Shown: positions 54,905-64,000 of the stretch, one piece after another
How the letters are laid out: each line of letters begins with the position of its first letter
How positions within the stretch are numbered: the stretch's first letter is position 1
Assembly (NCBI GenBank): GCA_951406725.2
Contig: OX597826.1
Location: 14,508,001 to 14,572,000, forward strand
Reading direction: 5' to 3'
DNA from: Octopus vulgaris
Taxonomy: Eukaryota
Length of the DNA: 64,000 nucleotides
Position numbers and translations under genes: made by a program
Notes under the pieces: model-generated
The model's input: only the letters and a program-made list of their open reading frames with translations
What the model was told of the DNA's origin: nothing
Databases searched by the model: none

Positions 54905-55163
54905 TGTTTCTGCTATAGCACAAGGCGTGGAATTATGGGGTAGTCGGGTAGTCGATTACATTGACCCCAGTGTTCAACTGGTATGTGCGTAAACTTATAA
55001 TACAAAACCACAAATCTTGTTAATAGGGCTACGCAGAGTTTTATAGATCCTGAAATATTAAAGGTCAAAGTCACCCTCGCCAGAATTTGAAATAAGAACG
55101 GGAAGACGAACGAAATTCCGATAAATATTTTACCCGTTGTGCTAACTTTCCCGTCAGCTCGTC
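54905..55163 (-). mobile_element. SINE family B, diverged, with ~60-bp insertion
   Basis: GTCGATTACATTGACCCCAGTGTTCAACTGGTA and AGAATTTGAAATAAGAACG...GCTAAC match the family B reverse complement. Confidence 0.65.
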
Positions 55164-56029
55164 AAAAGGAATATTTATTCAGGGAAAATATAGCTGCAAG
55201 GTTCGTTTTCCATATATTTTCAGTGAAGCTTTCGGTCGATTACTAAAATTTAACAATTAACGCTTCCAAACAATTATCTGAAACAGCTGTAAGCCTTTAA
55301 ATTCAATAAATGTATATAACCCATTTATGCACATAGATATAAAATATACACCAATAAACATACACATATATGCACTAAAGTTATGGTTTATAATCTACTG
55401 CTACTTGTATTTGTTATACATTCGGTAGAATATGGTTTGATTTAGCAGACTTTGTGCTTACACTTGAAAAATCTACACTTTTCAATATTGCTGATATACT
55501 AGACATATAATGTATTATTTAATATATCACATAATATTGCAGCTATGATCTGTTGGTAAAGTGGTGACGAAACATTTGAAGTATTATGCAATAAAGTGTG
55601 ATTACTCAATCCATTCTGTATTGTTTATAAATATGAATATACTTATCTAAAAGTTTCGTCTAATGACGTAATGTAATAAGTATGCGCTATAAGTGCACGG
55701 TTTGGTTTACCAATAATACTCCGTCTTGAAAGAAAGGTGGTGTTGAAGCTGCCTATCAAAGATGTGTGATTGTTAGCTTATATGGAAATATTTACTCCAT
55801 AACACATTGTTACGCTGCAAACGGCCTCCTGAAACCATCTACAACACAAAATCTCTGTGTCCGATAGCTTAGAAGACCGCGAAGGCGAGCTCAGCGAACT
55901 CGTTTTCATAGAGAAGAGGAAACAGAAGTCAAAAAAGTCCGATAAGTTGAAAATAACAAACAAAACCAAAATAGAACTAAAATATAACCAAAATACAAGA
56001 ACTTTAGGCGGAGGTAGAGGATGCGCACA

Positions 56030-56140
56030 CCACCCATTTTCGGCGCAACCCAACCCTAAACGTAACCCTTATCCTAAATCTAACCCTAACCCAACCCTAA
56101 ACTTAACCTTAACTCTAACCCCAAACGCTGAAAGTGGGTA
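56030..56140. repeat. degenerate (TAACCC)n telomere-like tract bracketed by a 15-bp imperfect inverted repeat
   Basis: CACCCATTTTCGGCG - AACCCAACCCTAAACGTAACCCTTATCCTAAATCTAACCCTAACCC... - CGCTGAAAGTGGGTA. Confidence 0.7.
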
Positions 56141-58915
56141 GAGTGAGTATTCATTACCTTCGTCGAACTTTAATTAAGAGGCCAATAACATTTATGGAAT
56201 AAATGAAAAATTCTTCAGAGAGTTTCATTCATTAACCTCTGAAATGTGTCGACTTCTTTTGATTAGCTTTTCTTTTATTCACCACTCTAATGATTTATTC
56301 CCTATCCTCTTCTTATCTCTTCTTTTCCCGACTGGACTCTCGTTCCTTCCGAATCCACGGTACCATTCCGACCACTTTATTTTGCCAAGTTCATTATTTT
56401 CGCATCCAGATCAAAACCTTCCACCATTCACATTAACCGCCTAAACCAACTTCACGCTCGTCACCAAATACTGTGACAGCTGTCCCACACGAATTTTGTC
56501 CGGCGCCATCTCGCACGTTGATCGCATGGTGCCGACCACTACATAAAAAACAACTCACGTCGACTTTCATCTTGTCGCCCGTCGAACCTCATCTTCAACA
56601 TGAACTTTATTTTTAATTAGTCACTTGGGTCAAAACACAGATGGAACAGCACAAATGCATGCAAAACATAGAAGGGAAAAAATTAAACCGGATGAAAAAT
56701 GAAGATATGAAAAAAAAAAATCTATAGCCAGGAACAGTGCCATAATCTGTTCTTTACAAATCTTCTGTGCCACTCGAGAAATTGGCTTCCACTTCTAGCA
56801 CTTCGTCAGTTCCTGTCCCCATCAGGGTTCTTTCAACCCTCACTCCAGATTAAATCTTGCATCGTCTTTCGGGCTCCACCAACCCCAGACAGGCATCATA
56901 TAGGCCACTCATACGACCCTGAAGCAGTTGTTCCGATCTCAATGGTATCACTGTCGTCCTTAAGACTCTGACCTCACCAACAGCAGTTGTCCGCTTTACT
57001 ATCTTGAGAAGGACTGGTCTTCAATGCACCGAAAGCTTCATGAAACATAAGTCTAGCCGATACGTCATTGACGCCACGATGGTCCTTCGTGGCTTAAAGG
57101 ATTTCAGGAGTTACATGGCGTAGTTGATTTTAGAGTCGTGCTCGCGTATCAAAATGTGATGCTAACACTACGCCGGCCAATTTGCAAATAATTAGCTCTT
57201 TCAAAAAGCGTGTGATACTGCTGGGCGGAAGCTGCTACATGTATTCTTCCGCAGCCAGCTCTAATGGTTCGAAGTGGACATAGCACGACGTGTTACTCCG
57301 CCATGACAAAATAAATCCCCTCTGGCAACCTACAATATGTTCTATTCGGTGGCGTTCTACAAAGGGAATTGAAATATTTTTGACGACTAAGCATAGTCCA
57401 TTACAAAATTGATTTTAGTTGATTCAGAAATGTGAAGTCTAATTGAGTTTTTGTGTATATTTTTGGTCGTATTTTAGTGTAATACGTTCATTAGGAGAGG
57501 CTGCTTCATAATAAAGACGGAAACTTGCGCATTTCTGAGAACGAACCTATTATTTATACTGTCAGGTTAACAATTTGCTTTATGAAAAATATCATTTCTA
57601 CTTTGAAAATCATTCCCCTTCGAAATTTGTTTTACGTTTGTTCCGGACCAGAGAAAATCTTCATAGACATCGACAATACATATAATCAGCAGAGGTTCAT
57701 TTAAAGATATTATTTTGCAGAGGACTACTTGTCATCTTCATGCGTGCGTTATTCGAAATATATATAAAACAATACTCTCTCTGTTTCTCTCTCTCTCTCA
57801 CACATACACAAACACACACGCACACACAAACTCAGGCATACACACACACACACACACACACACTCTCTCTCTCTCTCTCTCAAATTGGATACAGAGAGAG
57901 GTCATTGCGCCAAAAGGATTGCACTTATTTATTCGTTAAATTTGTTCAGGTTTAATTCATAAGCTTTCTCTTTTAGTAATAAATTTATTTAATAGGAAGT
58001 ATCTTAAACTGAGTCTTGGCAGCACTACTAATATGGATGATCTAAAATGCACCTGATAAGAGTTAAATATAAGAAGTTTATGCACAGCTTAGAAAGCGTA
58101 TATCTTAAAAGATACCGATCTAAGCAGGTTCTGAGATTTTACTAAGTGCCACCACTCTGATAAACTCCAGCTAAAATCTGGAATGGATCATCACAATCTA
58201 GCTCTCTCCTTTTTCATGTGACACACTGTGCTTTCATTCAAAAGTGTGTAGCTTTTCCCATATTTGATCTTGAAACCTCAATTAATAAATGTCTGTTTTC
58301 ATCTACCTAAATGTGTGTACGTGCGCGTGCGTGTGTGTTTATGCCTATATGTACGTATGTATGTACGATTGTATGTATGTATGTAAGTATGTATGTGTGT
58401 GTGTGCGTGTGTGTGTAAACGGCTGTATGTTTAAGAACGTTTCGTTGCACTCACGTCGTTTTGGATTCCGTTCCATTGCATAGTGCCTTGGACAAGTGCC
58501 CTCTGCTATTGTCCCAGGCCGACCAATAGTATACAGATGTGGGTTGATATCCGTCGCATATTCCGGTGACGGAATGCTTAACTTAAGGGATCCTTACTCA
58601 ATATCACAAGCCACATACATAGCTATTCCCGTAACAGTTGTAAGAGACTTTATCTATATATATTCTCTTAATTGAATGCATTTTCAGTGATGTCAAACAT
58701 TTTGCGTTTTCATTTTCTATTTTGATGTTTATCCACCAACTCATGGGAAAAAACAATCTTAGTCGCCTTTTGATAGCCATTCTCAGCACCACATTTTTCA
58801 ATTGCAGTGCCAGCTAGAGTTTTAGTGATAAACAAAACTGAGCACTCACAGTACATAACTATTACACAACACTAGTTGATGAAAGCTTCTTGTATCTTTT
58901 CTCTCTCCCTCTCAC

Positions 58916-58947
<32 letters not shown>

Positions 58948-59040
58948 AAGGGACAGTTTACGAAAAAAACAAAAGACGAAGACAGGTGGGGTACAAAACA
59001 AACCTATGTATTAGTATAACGCTCAGGAATAGAAAACAGT

Positions 59041-59076
59041 CTTTTACGTTTCGAGCCTACGCTCTTCTACAGAAAG
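59041..59076 (-). ncRNA. minimal hammerhead-like motif (CUGUAGA core) in a PLE LTR-like fragment (~58945-59135)
   Basis: Minus strand CTTT-CTGTAGA-A-GAGC-GTAG-GCTC-GAAAC-GTA-AAAG. Confidence 0.6.
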
Positions 59077-59187
59077 GGACACCGAAAAAACAAGGAGAGA
59101 AAAAAATGTGTGTAGTGGCTAACGATCTATCTACAAAGACTCTTCCGTTGAAAGACGACGTATGCAGGTTCGACAAGATTTAGATAT

Positions 59188-59278
<91 letters not shown>

Positions 59279-59877
59279 GTATGTATATATGTTTGTATGA
59301 GCTGTTCCGCGTCAGGAGCCGGAATGATATCTAATTACTTTACTGAGAACTTTGAATGGCGGTTTGGTATCTGGCACGGTATAACCTAGATCATGGGCTA
59401 GTAGAAGCTCTTTTACTGTGGATGGTAATCTACCCAGGAGAAGGAAATCTCCAAAATGAAACCTGATGCCTTGGAAGTTCCTGGTTTTGTCAATTCTCGC
59501 GATATTTCAAGTGTGGTTAGAAAGGCCACATAGAGCAGATTGCCCTCCACTACCAGCAGTAACGCCACTGTTAGCCCCGGTCAAACAGTAACCAAACCTC
59601 CACTGACTGAAGGAACAGAATGGGGAGGGGAAAACAACAGAGAACAGCGATAGATCGACGGTGACAGTGGGAAAAAGTACAAGAGGAAAAGCTCACCAAT
59701 CAAGGACTCAAGTCCCCACCCTTCCCGCGCTCCAGTCTCTCAAATTCCCTATGTATGTGCAGAGAAATAATCAGTATATGACTTAACGTATTAAACAATT
59801 TTCAGCGAATTCATTCATATTTATGTAATGGAAGAGATTAGATGTTAAAATGGATTATAGCTTTTATTCTTCATGTT

Positions 59878-59959
59878 GCTCTACAACTGTTTCGTCCTCA
59901 TGGACTCAGATATTCATAAATAGAAAATCGTAATAGTCATATTTGTACTCGTCAGTAGC
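59878..59959 (-). ncRNA. hammerhead motif, intact core, decayed stems
   Basis: Minus strand GCTA-CTGACGA-GTAC...GGAC-GAAAC-AGTT-GTA-GAGC. Confidence 0.6.
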
Positions 59960-60029
59960 TGGTAGAAAAACTAAAACAGACGTTTGAAGTACATAGATTG
60001 TTTCTTAGTTATCATTTTGGTATTAATAC

Positions 60030-60180
60030 AGGCGCAGGAGTGGCTGTGTGGTAAGAACCTTGCTTACCGACCACATGTGTATGTATTTTTAAATAGACAT
60101 TTCATTTTTACTTAACCGTCTAGGGCCGACCAAAGCCTTGTGAAGAGATTTGGTAGACAAAAACTGAAAGAAGCCCGTCG

Positions 60181-60223
<43 letters not shown>

Positions 60224-60416
60224 ATGCATGTGCCCCACCCACATCGCTTGACAACCGATGCTGATGTGTTTACGTCCCTGTAAATTAGCGGTTAGCAAAA
60301 TAGATCTAGAGAATAAGTACTAGGCTTAAAAAGAATATGTCCTGGGGTTGATTTCCTCGACTAAAGGCGCTGCTCCAGCATGGCCTCAGTCAAATGACTG
60401 AAACAAATAAAAGAAT
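60030..60416 (+). mobile_element. SINE family A with part of the head replaced by local sequence
   Basis: AGGCGCAGGAGTGGCTGTGTGGTAAGAA head through GCTCCAGCATGGCCTCAGTCAAATGACTGAAACAAATAAAAG tail. Confidence 0.88.
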
Positions 60417-61246
60417 GTTCGCTCTTCCAGTCATGTCTATTTGAGTCAAGACTAAAAAATATATTAAGGGTGCTAATATATCTAATGTTAAAAACTGACA
60501 TTCTCTCTATGAGATCTAGTTTGCGTCCCTATTTATAACTCCTTAAATGAATTTTATAAATCTGGTCAAGATTTGTTTGTCAATACGTTGCGAAATACCA
60601 AATAAGGAGGTACTTGTATTTTCAAATACATATTTCATTTTTACTTAACCGTCAATTTTCTTTTCGACTTAAGATATTTTTAGAAGAATTGGTGGTTAGT
60701 ACTAGTATTAAAGAATAATTTCTGGTTCTTAAAACTTATGGTATAAGTATCTATTGTAAATAATGGGTCTAATATTCATAGACAAATTAAGTAATATATG
60801 TCGTAATTAATTGCCTTGGTAGATAATTAAATAAATACTATATGAGTAAAAAGGTCTAAAAAGGGGGATTACTTACGTAATAAACTTATAATCACATATA
60901 GAGCCATTTAGTATATAAGAAAGTTTTTTTTTTATGTTAGTGTGTGTGTCGAAATATTCGTTTATATTATAGCTGTGTATATAAGTGTCGTGTATGTTTT
61001 CATAGAGAGGAAAACCGAACCAAAAATAACCTGGTGTAATTTGTGGTAATGTAGGGGAGACAATAATTGATATAGCTGGATATTTTATGGATATAATACA
61101 GGCGTACTTAGATTTACATATACAAACGTAAATAGACTAACACACTGATATGGAAATATGTACAGTCAAGTTTTTGTGTATAAATACCAGTTCACAATAC
61201 TTATGCGCATTCATACCAATACAGCCATACACACACACACGCACAC

Positions 61247-61277
<31 letters not shown>

Positions 61278-61386
61278 CATATATATAGTTAATCCAAACA
61301 AGAAAACACAAAAAAAACACAGCAACGCGAGGACGTGGAACAAATAAAGTATTATTGGACGCTCATGAAAGAAGGGAAGAAGGAGG

Positions 61387-61421
61387 GTTTAACGTTTCGA
61401 GCGGAGCTCTTCGTCGGAAAC
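61387..61421 (-). ncRNA. minimal hammerhead-like motif (CCGACGA core) in a PLE LTR-like fragment (~61288-61480)
   Basis: Minus strand GTTT-CCGACGA-A-GAGC-TCC-GCTC-GAAAC-GTT-AAAC. Confidence 0.62.
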
Positions 61422-61752
61422 AAAGGAGAAGGAAAGATCCCGAGAAGGGAAGACAGAGGAAAAAATTGCTGGCGGTGCTCATGTATACATACATACATAC
61501 ACATATACATATATACACACATATTTATATATGTATTATATATATACACACGCATACATGCATATACAAATACACCCACACACATAGGTACTCGTATATG
61601 CACTCATTAGATATTTATATACAGGTAGATCGGCACATATACACATATATACATACATAGATGTATACATATACAAATACACATGCATGAATATATATAT
61701 ATATGTATGTAGAAACTTACATGCATGCATACTTACATATAAAAACATTTAC

Positions 61753-61813
<61 letters not shown>

Positions 61814-61818
61814 CAAAT

Positions 61819-62325
61819 TTCGGTGCGAATGGATTTGTTAGGCGGTGTCGAGTTTTACAATTCCGTAAATAACAATATAGCTATTTTTCTAAGCTTAAAA
61901 CTTATAATGGACGCCGTGTAAATAGCTAAGGAAAGTAGTCTAATAATGGGTCATATTACCCCTCGACAGAAAAAATAAGTGCGCTTTCACGTGAGTCTCG
62001 AACCCACATTCCTTCGTTAACACGCTTACCGGTTACTCAAGCGAGCCAAATTACTCGCCTTATTTAAATTTAATGACTATATTAACTCGTTGTTGTTGTT
62101 GTAAACAAACTTTGTATGCTTTCGGTGCGAATTATTTTGCTAAGCGGTGTCGAGTTTTACAATTCTAATAATGATAATTTTAATAATAATAATTTTAATT
62201 TTATAAGCTTAAAGCTTATAGCGATCACCATGCAAATGACTAAGGAAGATAATCAGGCATATAAACCCTTGACAGAAAAAATGTAAGCTTTCCTGTACGC
62301 GTCGGACTCGAACTCACATCCCTTT
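61819..62325 (-). repeat. diverged tandem duplication (period ~302 bp) containing a tRNA-like Pol III unit
   Basis: TTCGGTGCGAAT...GCGGTGTCGAGTTTTACAATTC at 61819 and 62121. The minus strand has GTGGGTTCGAGACTCAC / GTGAGTTCGAGTCC B-boxes followed by T-runs. Confidence 0.7.
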
Positions 62326-62382
62326 TACTTGTTTCATTCATTTGACTGCGGCTATGCTGGAGCACCGCTTTATATATCTATA

Positions 62383-62437
<55 letters not shown>

Positions 62438-62444
62438 ATATGTA

Positions 62445-62488
<44 letters not shown>

Positions 62489-62603
62489 TATATATGAATA
62501 TATATATACACGCACATGTATGTATATGCGTATATACATTTGTGAACTTCGACATATACAGGTACATAAATACATATACATACATACATACATACATACA
62601 AAA

Positions 62604-62647
<44 letters not shown>

Positions 62648-62681
62648 GGTATAATGTGTGTATGTCTGCGTGCATGTGTGT

Positions 62682-62748
<67 letters not shown>

Positions 62749-64000
62749 GTTTGTTTTATTAAATTCTTCCGCTTTCTTCCTCGCTAACAGGCAAATATAT
62801 TCCCATCAATTTGGCCATTTCTGTCACTATTCACTGACTTATTGTTTTTAATAACCGCTACTCCCGTATTGAATAACTTTGTCTTACAAGGTGAATTGTG
62901 ATGTAGGACCAGTTCACCATTTCATGTCACCTCTCTCGTAGCTTCCAAGCCACTAAATGATTTATTTATTAATATTGTAGTACACTCGTTTATAATAATA
63001 ACGAAGTGACACTGTTAAGTCTTTCTGTGCCCGCCACCCTGATTTCACTCGATTATTTTACAAACATCCCGTTCTCTAGCTATAAGTATTATATCCACTT
63101 CGCCAATATATAGCATTAAATAACTTTATCCGACAATATTGCATCGTTCTTGACATATTTACACCTTTAATAATCTCCAGCGACCGCATTAACCAAATTT
63201 ACTTACCACACACTTCCTCACTATCTCTTGCTTCTGACAGAGATTTTCCTGTCATTTTTCACAAATTTACCTCTTTGTTCAATAAATGAAACTGACCATA
63301 AGAAATATTATGTCAAAATTTTTACACTACCTTAAAATGTATCTCTCAAATGCTTATATGTTATACTAACTAAAGCTAATAGTGGCCATAAGCATTTTGT
63401 ATTTCATGATAAAACATGGTTATTAGAGCAGAAGTTTAGCAGTATCATTCTCATTACACCAGTAAAGTTACTCTGATCATTATTTTCTTCCCTACTTTCT
63501 GAGGTTTGCATAATCGTAGCGTTGACAATATTAGTGATATTATATAAGAAATCAATACAGGTGAAATAACTTTGAACTAGCAGTTTTCTGGACTTGAAGA
63601 ACGACAATAAAAAATGACAGATTTTAGCAATATATGCTGCGAATGTTCATATGTTTAATCGTTGACGAATACGCAGCAGAGATATTTGTATATATGTTGT
63701 TAAAAAGCGTCCAGCTTTCTAGTCATAACATTTTACCAAGATTTCTCTATATTACCCAATAACTTACTTGCATTTTATATGGAAAAGTACTATCTCTAAT
63801 CATGACATAAATCTTGATATATATGTGTGTGTGTGTGTGTGCGTGTGTGTGTGTGTGTGTGTGTGCGTGCGTGTGTGCATATACACACTTACAAACGCAT
63901 ATATGTATATGAGTGTGTATATATGTATGTGTATATATAAATATGTGTGTATTATGTGCATATATATGTATATATATATATATATATGTATATACACATA

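Noticed and set aside
59290-59750. RTE-like 5'UTR (GGAGAAGGAAATCTC...AAACC)
   Set aside because: Only one short motif and no downstream ORF; too weak to call.
63404-63607. 67-aa minus-strand ORF as a host exon
   Set aside because: No recognisable domain and no convincing splice donor; needs RNA-seq.

Overview
Eukaryotic, very AT-rich, microsatellite-dense intergenic or intronic DNA. The repeat style (tRNA-derived SINEs with internal (TA)n/(TG)n tracts, mariner and Penelope fossils) suggests a mollusc, probably an Octopus species, but that is inference. I cannot support any intact host protein-coding gene, and almost all long ORFs in the track are microsatellite translations. Recognisable content: two near-full-length but broken mariner transposons, a mariner derivative with two 5' ends, other mariner/DD37D fragments and MITEs, at least four tRNA-SINE families, Penelope-like element (PLE) ORF fragments (N-terminus, RT, Naiad-type GIY-YIG), and fossils of R4/Dong-, CRE- and RTE-like LINEs and Helentron-like elements. 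The most notable signal is a swarm of about 10-13 type-I hammerhead ribozyme motifs. They sit in short non-coding cassettes, mostly in or beside (TA)n tracts and several in fold-back pairs. Many have a palindromic (dimer-type) stem III and an unusually long stem II, and some carry non-canonical catalytic cores.
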